Part shown: one piece after another, positions 24,565 through 34,115 of the stretch
Numbering within the stretch: the stretch's first letter is position 1
How the letters are laid out: each line of letters begins with the position of its first letter
Source: a virus
Virus record (IMG/VR): IMGVR_UViG_3300030060_005952
Span: 1 to 64,000 of that record
Direction: 5' to 3' (one strand)
Length of the DNA stretch: 64,000 bases
Made by a program: the position numbers and the translations under genes
The notes under the pieces: model-generated
The model's input: the letters and a program-made list of their open reading frames with translations, nothing else
Databases searched by the model: none
What the model was told of the DNA's origin: nothing

Positions 24565-27500
24565 GTGCAAGAGAGCGACTATGTCATTCATCTTCGCGCT
24601 AGGGATGATTTACTCAAGAGCATAATTTCTTGTGACGATTATACTGAAGAGGCTACTGCCTATATTAATAGCCTACGAAACATAGTGAATAAGGAAATGA
24701 TACTACAGAACAACCCTGTTGATGATTTCTGCTATGAAGCCAGTACGATGTTGTTGTACAAAAAAACCATCGGTGACCTCTCAGCAGAGCTAGCGTTCGG
24801 AGAGCGTGGTGATGAGGGGTATGACTACGACAAAAAAGGCAGAATAAGCAGAAGAACTGTTGGCCCCGCATTTAATAATCACAGACATATAAATGAGATA
24901 ATCGACAATGAGAATATCGAATTAGCCTCATCGCTCTTCCCAAGGGTAGTTCCCGGTGATAGCAATTACAAACATCATCATTTTCATGAATCGATACACC
25001 CACTACGCAAGAAGAACAGCTCTACTGGTAATTCTAGAATGGTTGAGAAACTCTTGGGTTATGTCAGAAAAGACGACGATGGAAACAGCGTTGCATCCTC
25101 GCATGCTGATGCGGAGAGGGCACATGAGACACATTACGATAATTTACGTAATCCGATAATTGTAGGTCAAATTAGAAAATCAAAAAGAGCTGATATGGAT
25201 GATGAGATTACCCATGGCTTTTTGGGTAGGTTAAACACCAACGACTCAAATAGAACCATTTCTGAGCAAGTGGGTACTTCTGGTGCTTTTCAAGAGGGTC
25301 TGTATGAGAGGGCTTTCACAAAGTGGTCAAGTCAAAATCAAAAGAAGATTGACGAGGAGAAATCCCAAGGCGCCTCTGATAAAGACATCAGGGAAATGCA
25401 CCTTGAGGAAGCAGCTAAATTATGGCAGGGTAGAGATTTTGAGGAAGAGGAAATAAAATATGATGATGATGAAATCTATAGCAAGCTTTTTGCCGAAAGA
25501 GCAGGGGAGAGACAAGAGGGCTCTCGCATAGCAGAGGGCGTTCAGACAGAGTTTCCCACTGAGAGGCAACACCCTCACAGACTGGGACTCCTTGGGTATG
25601 GCCTTGGTTTGGAATGGCTCAGTCCCATTGAGAGAACCAAAGTCATCGAGCATCTTAAGGATAACAAGGGGGACACAAGCGAGAAAATAAAGCTCGATGA
25701 TGGCACTGAAATACCACTTGGAAGACTAAGGAGAAACTTTCAGAAGAGAATGACGCCTTTGTATCTCCACAGCCAAATGCCCCATAACCGGGGACAGCCC
25801 AATCTAGCTAAACACTTGGAAAGCGATGAGCTAGATGGCACAGAGTACACTGGTAGTGAAACGGAGCCAATTCGTAGCCTACTGGCAAAAATAGACCATG
25901 GGGTGCATGGGACCATGTTCGGTTCCTTATTGAACCATTATAATGAGCTACTAGAATTACAGGGCGACCAAAAACTAACAAAAATTCCCATCTATGGCGA
26001 AAAACGCACTAAGAAAATACGAGAAAAGATAGACGAGCTAATAGAAAAAGGAGTGGACGAGAAGGAGGCTCTTAGAACAATTTTGAAGGTAGAGGATTAT
26101 GCTCCCGTTAGTAATTTCACCATACCCCAGTTGAAGAGGCATCTGAAGGAGCATCCCCTCTCTGAGCTTCTAACTGACGAGGGTAAAAAGCCCCTCGCTC
26201 ATGAGAACATGAAGGCAGATGACTACATCAACCAGTTAGAGGAGATGTACAGAGATGGAATGTCATTAGCTCGTGACAGCAAGGACATAGCTAATGCCAA
26301 TGCCGTGTTCGCCAAGAGTGCGGGCCCGGACATAAGGGATGTACCCGAAGAAATAAGAAATCACTTCATAGAGAAAAATGGGACTTTGAGAGGGCTATCT
26401 GATTACTGGGCGCATGACTTGCAGGTTGGTAGCAATCCCATAGAATCCACTACTTTCTTTGACATGCTGAACAGTATCGCACCGGGTCTGTTTGGTGAAT
26501 TTGAAGCGCATCACGAATATCCAGATTTTCAATTCTTCGTACCCAGACCAGATATGTCGGGTTTCTTGGGCGCCATGCACCACGTCGTCAGGGAGAGAGG
26601 CGAGAGCTTCAGTCCTGCCGAGATAATGAGCATGCATGACCAGAGCTTGGGTGCTAGTCATGTAAATTTAGGTGACAAAAAACCAAGAAATAGGGCCAAT
26701 GGTAGCGATACCGCTCATTCACTCACACCAAGAGCCACCACCTTCTGGTCAAGGAGCAGGAACCCAAAAGCCGAAATAACCAGAGATAGTGTTGGATTTT
26801 TAAAAACTAAAGGCGAAAAAAGAGCCATACATGAAACTCAGTATCACGAGTTCGGAACCAAGACAGGTAGCACTAAATCCGAGGCTCTGGATAGCAAGAA
26901 GGCGCATAACTCCTCCGAGATAATGCGTGAGTATCTAATGTCTGGTGCCCAATACAAGTTCGGGTCAATTGACCCTAACACTGGTAGGAGGAGGCTCGGC
27001 TCGCCTGTGATGAGAATACCAGTCAATGAGATGCTTGGAGGCAAACACGGTTTTCCTTTTGAGGACGATGAAGAGGGCGGATACTCGGCTTTTGAGAAAG
27101 CTCTTTTTGCTTTAAGTGGCTCTTTGGGCATGGATGACACAAAGAGAATAGCGGAGCTTCAAAGCGAGCTGGAGGAGATTGAGCTATCAGGCGAGGATGC
27201 CTCTCAAGAGCTGATAGATGAACTGAAGGGACGCATACACATGCAACAGGCTAATTTACGAGCTAAAATTTCGGGTTTTGACAAAACCAGATTACAAGAA
27301 AAGGAAAGAAGAGCCGAAGCTGAAGAAAGAGCTAGAATGGAAGTCGCCAAGAACATAACCATACCTGCTATGCTAGAGATAAATCCTAACTTGCTTGACC
27401 CTAATAATCCTGAGCAAACCGTGGCTGACCTATCCCAAGCCATGCATGATGCTGAGTTGATTATGAAGCACATGCCTCACGGCTTCCATGGTCAAAGTAT

Positions 27501-29808
27501 CAGGGACATCATGATTGGGGATGCTGTTGATGAGCAGACGATAGATGCCATGGTCGGTGGCGACATGTTCCGTCGAAAAGCCAATGTGCTTGAGAAAGAG
27601 GGCTTTCCGCTTAGTTTCCCAGAGAGCGGAAAAGTCGAAGATATGCATGTCACAGCGAGTTTGATAGGCATAGGATTAGATGACCCCATGTACTTCACTG
27701 ACCCCGGATACAGGGAGTACATGCGGGAACTCCTAGAGAGTCTGGAGGGCAAGCCCGCTCATTATGCGATGACTACCGCTCAACTTGCAGCACACGCTAA
27801 CGAGGACTTCCATCTCTTTGACGATGATGGGATGAAAGGGGACCCAATGAGAGCCCATAAATTGATGGAGGATGAGTTAACACGCTATAGGAGTCAAATC
27901 CGTGGTCTTAAACTTCCTGACAAACACAAAGGCGATTTTAATAACAATAATGAGCATTACAATTCGATAAATAACAATTACATGAAACTCAGCATGGCAC
28001 ACAAAGGCACCAGTGCTATACAACACGGTCTTTCTTTGAGTAGCTTACCCAAAGACATACATGGTAATGAGGATAAAGGCAAAGGTACAGAAAGACTTCG
28101 TTATGAGTGGGCTATGGCTAGAGCCAAGAGAAAGGCCAACAGTCTAGTTCTTTTCAATCCAGAGGCAAGGGTGGCGGCACCAACGCCTCCCCCTGCTATG
28201 CCTGAAGGACAGATGACACTGGACCAGTTTGGCGATACTGGTAGTAATTTGAAGCGCCCGATAAAAATAGGAGATGGCAAGATAGGTCCAGTCACTAACC
28301 CAAATTCGGATGCCATAATGGGGTCCCGTTACACAAGTGCAGGTGTTCAAATGCAAATGGGCACAGAACTACCTGCAGCCTCCGCTTCGCTTAATTTAGG
28401 CTACGATGGAAATATGGAGTATGGGACAAATACCAGCGCTGGCCCAGCGGTACCGCCAAGTGAGCCAGTAATAAAAGAATTGATGGAACACTTTCAAGAG
28501 GGTTCTTACAGTCAGATGGATGCTTATTTTCAAGCCAATGGTGTCAATGAGGCTATGTTACCAAGCACCACTTCCAACATGGAGAGGGTATCGGAAAGCA
28601 ACCCAATGTCAGGATTGCAGGTCCCACATGAGGTAGCTAAGTCCTTACCAAAGGAAATGCCACTAATAGAGCCCTATCACAAGATATTCGACATGGAGGA
28701 CCTGCAAGAGCTACGGGGTTTCACCGGGGAGTGGGTTGTCTCTGTAATGGAAGAGGGCACTAGAGTGAAAGTAACTAGGAAGTCGAATAGGATAGAGGTC
28801 AAGGATGACGACAATGAGGATGTTGGCACAAGCGATGGTATGAGAAGCTCCCTTAGAAAAATAGGGAAGAACAACTATGTCATGGACGCTGTGCTTAACA
28901 GCTCTGGTTTGCACATATTCGATATCATGCACTACGATGATACCGATGTTACTGATATGCCCACTAGGGAGAGGATAAAGTTACTACGTGGGCAGTTTGA
29001 CAGTAACGAGAATGTTTTCGTGCCCGGACCGTTCAATCTGAAAGTCACCGATGATGATGGTTTGAGCGATGCGATAAAATTTCTACAGAGGGAGAATAAG
29101 GACTCAAAGCTACTACTCAGGGATGCTAAGTCCACTTACATGAAGGGAGAAGAGAAGCATCCGAAGTGGATATTGATGACCAAATCCGATGATGACTACC
29201 ATGTGCCATTTGGCATGGAAATAGATGGAGAGGTCTTCATACTGCACTTTGACCATGACATACTCAAGTACGACATAGTGGAGGATAGCTTGGAAAACCC
29301 ACGTTCAGCTTTGGGTGGCCTCAAAGACCGGGACTATACGATGATACTAGCCAAGAGTCTGGAAAAATACTGGGAGCCCGCTTTCCAACAGATGCTCAAA
29401 GCGGAGAAGAGAAAAATAAAAGAAATCGTTGAAGAAGATGAAGACGATAAAGAAGAGGATGAGGGCATAAGCGAGGAGGATGCCAAGAGAATAGGCAGAC
29501 AGAGCGGGGGCGTCTTAAAACCAAATGAGGACCAGAATATTCTGCTAAAGCCGAGCACCATACAGACTTTGGAAAAAATAGAGAAAATACTTGACTCTTT
29601 GGAAAAAGGACATTTTCCAATGACAGCAGGTAAGGGTCTGGGTGTTGATGTAGGTAGCGACATAGACAGCCCTAGAGGACCCACTAAGTTGACTAATGAG
29701 GCAACTCTACCGGATTATGACATGAAGGAAAGACCAGAACAGGACCCTGAGAAGCCGGAGGACTATCCAAAAAGAAAGAAAATAGCCTCTCGGTCTAACG
29801 ATTCTTGA
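24565..29808 (+). CDS. 1747-aa putative internal head polyprotein with inactive ATP-dependent ligase-like domain
   Basis: DLLKS N-terminal site; GQMTLDQF; ligase motifs EWVVSVMEEGTR, VMDAVL, IFDIM, LLLRD, KWILM. Confidence 0.8.
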   Translation: MQESDYVIHLRARDDLLKSIISCDDYTEEATAYINSLRNIVNKEMILQNNPVDDFCYEASTMLLYKKTIGDLSAELAFGERGDEGYDYDKKGRISRRTVGPAFNNHRHINEIIDNENIELASSLFPRVVPGDSNYKHHHFHESIHPLRKKNSSTGNSRMVEKLLGYVRKDDDGNSVASSHADAERAHETHYDNLRNPIIVGQIRKSKRADMDDEITHGFLGRLNTNDSNRTISEQVGTSGAFQEGLYERAFTKWSSQNQKKIDEEKSQGASDKDIREMHLEEAAKLWQGRDFEEEEIKYDDDEIYSKLFAERAGERQEGSRIAEGVQTEFPTERQHPHRLGLLGYGLGLEWLSPIERTKVIEHLKDNKGDTSEKIKLDDGTEIPLGRLRRNFQKRMTPLYLHSQMPHNRGQPNLAKHLESDELDGTEYTGSETEPIRSLLAKIDHGVHGTMFGSLLNHYNELLELQGDQKLTKIPIYGEKRTKKIREKIDELIEKGVDEKEALRTILKVEDYAPVSNFTIPQLKRHLKEHPLSELLTDEGKKPLAHENMKADDYINQLEEMYRDGMSLARDSKDIANANAVFAKSAGPDIRDVPEEIRNHFIEKNGTLRGLSDYWAHDLQVGSNPIESTTFFDMLNSIAPGLFGEFEAHHEYPDFQFFVPRPDMSGFLGAMHHVVRERGESFSPAEIMSMHDQSLGASHVNLGDKKPRNRANGSDTAHSLTPRATTFWSRSRNPKAEITRDSVGFLKTKGEKRAIHETQYHEFGTKTGSTKSEALDSKKAHNSSEIMREYLMSGAQYKFGSIDPNTGRRRLGSPVMRIPVNEMLGGKHGFPFEDDEEGGYSAFEKALFALSGSLGMDDTKRIAELQSELEEIELSGEDASQELIDELKGRIHMQQANLRAKISGFDKTRLQEKERRAEAEERARMEVAKNITIPAMLEINPNLLDPNNPEQTVADLSQAMHDAELIMKHMPHGFHGQSIRDIMIGDAVDEQTIDAMVGGDMFRRKANVLEKEGFPLSFPESGKVEDMHVTASLIGIGLDDPMYFTDPGYREYMRELLESLEGKPAHYAMTTAQLAAHANEDFHLFDDDGMKGDPMRAHKLMEDELTRYRSQIRGLKLPDKHKGDFNNNNEHYNSINNNYMKLSMAHKGTSAIQHGLSLSSLPKDIHGNEDKGKGTERLRYEWAMARAKRKANSLVLFNPEARVAAPTPPPAMPEGQMTLDQFGDTGSNLKRPIKIGDGKIGPVTNPNSDAIMGSRYTSAGVQMQMGTELPAASASLNLGYDGNMEYGTNTSAGPAVPPSEPVIKELMEHFQEGSYSQMDAYFQANGVNEAMLPSTTSNMERVSESNPMSGLQVPHEVAKSLPKEMPLIEPYHKIFDMEDLQELRGFTGEWVVSVMEEGTRVKVTRKSNRIEVKDDDNEDVGTSDGMRSSLRKIGKNNYVMDAVLNSSGLHIFDIMHYDDTDVTDMPTRERIKLLRGQFDSNENVFVPGPFNLKVTDDDGLSDAIKFLQRENKDSKLLLRDAKSTYMKGEEKHPKWILMTKSDDDYHVPFGMEIDGEVFILHFDHDILKYDIVEDSLENPRSALGGLKDRDYTMILAKSLEKYWEPAFQQMLKAEKRKIKEIVEEDEDDKEEDEGISEEDAKRIGRQSGGVLKPNEDQNILLKPSTIQTLEKIEKILDSLEKGHFPMTAGKGLGVDVGSDIDSPRGPTKLTNEATLPDYDMKERPEQDPEKPEDYPKRKKIASRSNDS

Positions 29809-29839
29809 CTTTGTGAAATATATTTTTACATGCGCTTGA

Positions 29840-29848
29840 TTGATATAG
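29840..29848 (+). promoter_or_regulatory. putative late promoter TTGATATAG
   Basis: about 30 nt upstream of probable GTG start 29874; repeated at 23041. Confidence 0.45.
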
Positions 29849-29855
29849 CATTGCT

Positions 29856-31280
29856 TTGCATTTCTTCATTAGTGTGCTGTCACAAGAGCGTCTCTATGGT
29901 GTTGATGAGTCCATTGGACTCCTTAAGGCTGGCAATGACCTCGTTGTTGCAGGATACGCTAGTGTGGAGCTAGTAGACAAACAAGGCGATTTAATTACAA
30001 AGGAGGCATTGAAGGACGGATTTCGGAAGTTTATGAGCGACCCGAAATATAGAAACGTCCAACTAGCGCACTCAAATATACAGGTAGGAGAAGTAGTACC
30101 ATCATATACAGATACAGAAGGGAGGTTATGGAAAAGCGAAGTTGACGATGTCGGCATGTTTGTAGTAATACAGCTCAGAGACGACATCGAAAAAGCACGA
30201 GAAGTTGCCGCCGAAATCAGGAAAGGCAAACTAAGGGGATTCAGCATCGGAGGACAAGCATTCAAGCGAGTCAGAAAGAGCGACCCAAGACACGGCGACT
30301 ATCAAGAAATCAGCAAGCTTGAGCTTCATGAAATCACAATTTGTGAAAAAGGGATAAATCCAGAAGCGACATTTAGAATTCTAAAGCAGGAGACTGACTC
30401 AGAAAACATAGAAAAAAATAAGGTGAAAAAAATGACAGATGAAAATGACATGCAGACACAGTTGGGTGACGTTCTTACTCGACTAGAAAGTAGGCTCGAC
30501 AGTATGGAGAAAGGAATGCCTCCACAACTGAAAGAAGCCATGAAAGACAAGAAGGATGACAAGGACGACAAAGACAAGGCCATGGCAGACAAGAAGAAAG
30601 ATGAGGACAAAGATGAGAAAATGTACGCAGATGAAGCTAAGAAATCTGATGACTACTCTGATGTTATCTCATCTGAGTACCTTGACTGGATGGAGAACAC
30701 TCTAAAGAGTGCCGGAGTCGATGTCGCAGGGGCTAGGGGTCACTTTGACGACCTAGCAAAAGCTAACCTTGGCTCTACTCCTGAAGAGTTTGACCTAGAT
30801 TACGGTCAGACCCCTAACAGAGAGTCCGAAGGTGGCAAGCCTTCAACAAACGCCATAGCAAGACTAGGTGGAAAAGGAGAGAAGAAAGAGGTCAAGAAAT
30901 CTGACTTCCTAACTCCAGACCTAGTATCAGAGGCAGATGTAGAAGCCGCATACGAAGTTTACAAGGCTGCTGCAATGGAGCAGGAGTTCAGGGGTTCACT
31001 AGAATCCCGATTTGCAGACAGATTTGCTAATGAGAGAGCAGAAGAAGTCGCAAAGGCAGAAGCCGCAGCATATGATGCACGCGGTCCTCTTGACGAGGTA
31101 ATGAAGGCTCTTGGTGCTCTTAATGAGAGAATCGACAACATAGGAACAGTTGAAGCTGGCACTCCAATCGCTAAGAGCGAGGCAGAGCCAGCAGTAGAAA
31201 TACCCTCCACAGTAGACATGCACAGAATGTCATGGGATGAGGTTCACGCCCTAGCAGATAAGGCATTTAGAGGAGAGTGA
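29856..31280 (+). CDS. HK97-type prohead protease fused to scaffold
   Basis: VAGYASVELVDKQGD, LAHSN (His), GFSIGG (Ser), LHEITICEKGINPEA; charged coiled-coil C-half. Confidence 0.93.
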   Translation: MHFFISVLSQERLYGVDESIGLLKAGNDLVVAGYASVELVDKQGDLITKEALKDGFRKFMSDPKYRNVQLAHSNIQVGEVVPSYTDTEGRLWKSEVDDVGMFVVIQLRDDIEKAREVAAEIRKGKLRGFSIGGQAFKRVRKSDPRHGDYQEISKLELHEITICEKGINPEATFRILKQETDSENIEKNKVKKMTDENDMQTQLGDVLTRLESRLDSMEKGMPPQLKEAMKDKKDDKDDKDKAMADKKKDEDKDEKMYADEAKKSDDYSDVISSEYLDWMENTLKSAGVDVAGARGHFDDLAKANLGSTPEEFDLDYGQTPNRESEGGKPSTNAIARLGGKGEKKEVKKSDFLTPDLVSEADVEAAYEVYKAAAMEQEFRGSLESRFADRFANERAEEVAKAEAAAYDARGPLDEVMKALGALNERIDNIGTVEAGTPIAKSEAEPAVEIPSTVDMHRMSWDEVHALADKAFRGE

Positions 31281-31285
31281 GATAT

Positions 31286-32416
31286 ATGGCAAGAAATTAC
31301 GTACGAACAATAACAGACATGGAGCGCTATTACTATGGCGCCGGAAACGCAATGGGTTACTCCTACTCCGGTAGTGAGCTACTCAAGGCTGACAGCCCTA
31401 TGCTGTCCACGACTGCTGGTACATACCAAGCAATCTACGGGCGCAAGGTCTGGTCGCAACTCAACCAAGAGTTCAACGCATTCAGCATCCTACCCAAGAA
31501 GCCTTGGGACAGGTCAGGATGGAGAGTTATCACAGGCAAGCCAAACGGCGGTGCCCTACACGGCGGAGTTGCAGAAAACGCAACACTGCCAGACACTGTG
31601 AAGCCTACCTTCCAGCACGTAGCTGCAAAACCAAAGACGGTCGCACACACATTCGACATGTCCGAGACAGCTATCTTCCTAGCAGACAGAGACGATGGAT
31701 TGGGAGATATCCGCTCAGTCTTAAAGGAAGAAATGGGCAAGCACCACGCTGAGATGGTCAATAAGATGCTACTAACAGACGTTACAACTGCAGCAGCTAA
31801 CAACTTTGAGTCGCTAGACAGGGTTACCACTGGAAACACATCAATGACATCTGGCACTCACTACGACGCTGGAGATGAAGACATCTACTCCATCGACAGA
31901 AGCGCCAACACATGGGCCTTCGCAGAAGATGAGGCTAACAGCTCCAGCACAAACAGGACACTGTCCCTAGACCACTTGGACACTTTGTTCCAACAAATCT
32001 GGGAGCGCGGTGGAAACCCCAAGGTCATCCTAACAGGATACGACACTCTGATGAGACTACAGCAACTGCTACAGTCCCAGCAGAGGTTCATGGAAGAGAA
32101 GAGAGTTACCCCAACCTACAACGGTGTGAAGGGTGTCCCCGGTGTAGAGGCAGGGTTCATCGTGGCAACCTACAACGGAGTACCAATCATTCCAACCAAG
32201 GACATGCCAAAGGACAGCTTGAGCAGGATGTACTTCCTAGACACAGACTATGTGCACTTTAGCACAGCTATTCCTACGCAATACTTTGAGAGCGGAATTG
32301 AGACTGGTGACCCATTCGCCATCAACAGGCTAGGACAGGAAGGACTGTACCGAACCATGGGCGAGATATGGACCACTTTCTTTGGAGCACACGGGAGCAT
32401 TCGTGACCTAAAGTGA
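31286..32416 (+). CDS. mcp: major capsid protein (HK97 fold)
   Basis: position after protease; IYGRKVWSQLN, YNGVPII, MYFLDTD motifs; resembles halovirus/magrovirus MCP. Confidence 0.92.
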   Translation: MARNYVRTITDMERYYYGAGNAMGYSYSGSELLKADSPMLSTTAGTYQAIYGRKVWSQLNQEFNAFSILPKKPWDRSGWRVITGKPNGGALHGGVAENATLPDTVKPTFQHVAAKPKTVAHTFDMSETAIFLADRDDGLGDIRSVLKEEMGKHHAEMVNKMLLTDVTTAAANNFESLDRVTTGNTSMTSGTHYDAGDEDIYSIDRSANTWAFAEDEANSSSTNRTLSLDHLDTLFQQIWERGGNPKVILTGYDTLMRLQQLLQSQQRFMEEKRVTPTYNGVKGVPGVEAGFIVATYNGVPIIPTKDMPKDSLSRMYFLDTDYVHFSTAIPTQYFESGIETGDPFAINRLGQEGLYRTMGEIWTTFFGAHGSIRDLK

Positions 32417-32451
32417 GGTTGCAGAGGAGATAATAAAGAGGTGAAAAAGAT

Positions 32452-32880
32452 ATGGCAGCAACAACACACAGAGGAATAACATACACAGGCACTGGCACTT
32501 ACACCCAAACCGTTAATCTGGACTTGGGACTATGGGCTGGTAGCGACATAGACGAGACACTATGGCTCGACGGACAGGCAACCGCTGGTTACCCCGGTAA
32601 CCTAGATGGGTTCCAAGCAACCAACACACAGGTAGTAGACAGGAGGAGCCCAAGGCTCGTCTCCTTGACACTTAGCTCTGCTCTAGCAGAGGGTAACACA
32701 CTTACCCTAAGCGGAGAGTGCAGCAAGATTCTAACAGCAGTAGGACAGCACGCAGACGCAACTGCTAACTTTGCAGTGACAAAAACCAGCGACCTTGTAC
32801 TGACCTTCGACATAGAAGCGACAACTGATGGTACTACCAACGACACGACTGGAGCAGAGCTACTGCTCATAGTGGTCTGA
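32452..32880 (+). CDS. Thr-rich virion protein (capsid decoration candidate)
   Basis: immediately after MCP; strong GAGGTG RBS; beta-rich composition. Confidence 0.6.
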   Translation: MAATTHRGITYTGTGTYTQTVNLDLGLWAGSDIDETLWLDGQATAGYPGNLDGFQATNTQVVDRRSPRLVSLTLSSALAEGNTLTLSGECSKILTAVGQHADATANFAVTKTSDLVLTFDIEATTDGTTNDTTGAELLLIVV

Positions 32881-32881
32881 G

Positions 32882-33319
32882 GTGGTCTACTTGCCCAGTC
32901 TTAGGTATAATGGCAAATCCTTCTACGCAAGGAGCCCCGATGCATACATGCCCGACTTCACCAGAGGTGAGGTTAGGGAAGTTTCGCAGGGATGGGTCGA
33001 TACTTACCGAAGATTTCTGGTTGAGCCATCTTGGACTCTGCTTGGGGATGAGCCTCCTCACCACGATGAGGGTGGGGACGGCATCCCCGACAGTAGTTGG
33101 AGAAGGCCCGAAATAATGTCTTGGTTGGCTGAGAGGGGAGTAGTCCCCACAGCCACATACACCACAAAGAGTGGTGCTTTGAAATTGGTTGAGGACTATC
33201 TAAATCCTGAGCCAGCGGTAGCGGCACCAGTCGAAGAACCAGTGGTAGAGGCTCCTCCAGTAGAGGAAGTCTTAGAAGAGGCAGCACCAGTTGAAGAGCA
33301 AGAATTGACAGAGGAGTGA
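32882..33319 (+). CDS. hypothetical protein with small helical (HeH/LEM-like) motif and acidic tail
   Basis: PDSSWRRPEIMSWLAERGV...TKSGAL. Confidence 0.6.
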   Translation: MVYLPSLRYNGKSFYARSPDAYMPDFTRGEVREVSQGWVDTYRRFLVEPSWTLLGDEPPHHDEGGDGIPDSSWRRPEIMSWLAERGVVPTATYTTKSGALKLVEDYLNPEPAVAAPVEEPVVEAPPVEEVLEEAAPVEEQELTEE

Positions 33320-33325
33320 TGAAAA

Positions 33326-33607
33326 ATGGCATTTGAGAGTACAATAGACACAAGACCACACGTAATGGGTAACCTAATGATGGTTACTGGGACCTTCACA
33401 AACGGCGGTAGCGATGCAGGTGGAAGCATAGACCTTTCTGGTCTACTAGCTGACATAGTAGCTTGTAACGCAGTTGCAGGAAGTAGCACCGCTGGTACAG
33501 GGGCTGGAGTCGATGGAGTGTTCGCACTCATTAACGGCACCAGTCTAGTCATTCAGAATGTGAATGGACAAGACGGTACATGGTTTGCTATGGGACACCG
33601 CAGTTAA
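33326..33607 (+). CDS. small virion structural protein
   Basis: G/T-rich beta composition; GGAGTG RBS. Confidence 0.7.
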   Translation: MAFESTIDTRPHVMGNLMMVTGTFTNGGSDAGGSIDLSGLLADIVACNAVAGSSTAGTGAGVDGVFALINGTSLVIQNVNGQDGTWFAMGHRS

Positions 33608-33620
33608 GGCGGTGACCTAA

Positions 33621-33815
33621 ATGGCTAATCTAACACCGAAGTACAAAGTCGTGGGACCCTTCTCACCGAAGGAGTTCAGTGACACGTCTACGCTGACAAC
33701 GACCATTGCTACGGCAGTGGGCACGTTGAGTGATGCGTCGAGCACGACTAGTCTAGTTGCCTCGGACCCTTTCATGGTCTTGGGTAATGTTTACATTCTG
33801 GTAACATACGTTTGA
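33621..33815 (+). CDS. small hypothetical structural protein
   Basis: GGTGA RBS, 64 aa. Confidence 0.65.
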   Translation: MANLTPKYKVVGPFSPKEFSDTSTLTTTIATAVGTLSDASSTTSLVASDPFMVLGNVYILVTYV

Positions 33816-33830
33816 TGGTGAGGGGTATGA

Positions 33831-34115
33831 ATGGGTTTCGATTTGCAGACTCTCGATATTGACGACATCGAAAGGGCTCAAAAGCAGAACATTCGTTCAG
33901 ATACTCATTATCAGGCTAATGTAGTGGTTGATGAAAAGAATCCCCTGAAAGGGGCGATTAGCAAGCAAAGAGCAAATGCCAAGAAAGCCGCCGATGTACT
34001 CAATATAGGCTCAGGCACTCGATGTACTCACTGTGGTCTTCTTCACTTTATGTGGAGGGAAACCTGTGGCTCCTGTAGAAAACCCATGAACTATAACATG
34101 GGGGTCAAAGAATGA
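33831..34115 (+). CDS. Zn-ribbon protein
   Basis: CTHCG...CGSC. Confidence 0.7.
   Translation: MGFDLQTLDIDDIERAQKQNIRSDTHYQANVVVDEKNPLKGAISKQRANAKKAADVLNIGSGTRCTHCGLLHFMWRETCGSCRKPMNYNMGVKE

Noticed and set aside
28636-29190. Functional ATP-dependent DNA ligase
   Set aside because: The catalytic Lys of motif I and the acidic residues of motifs III/IV are substituted, and no OB domain is evident
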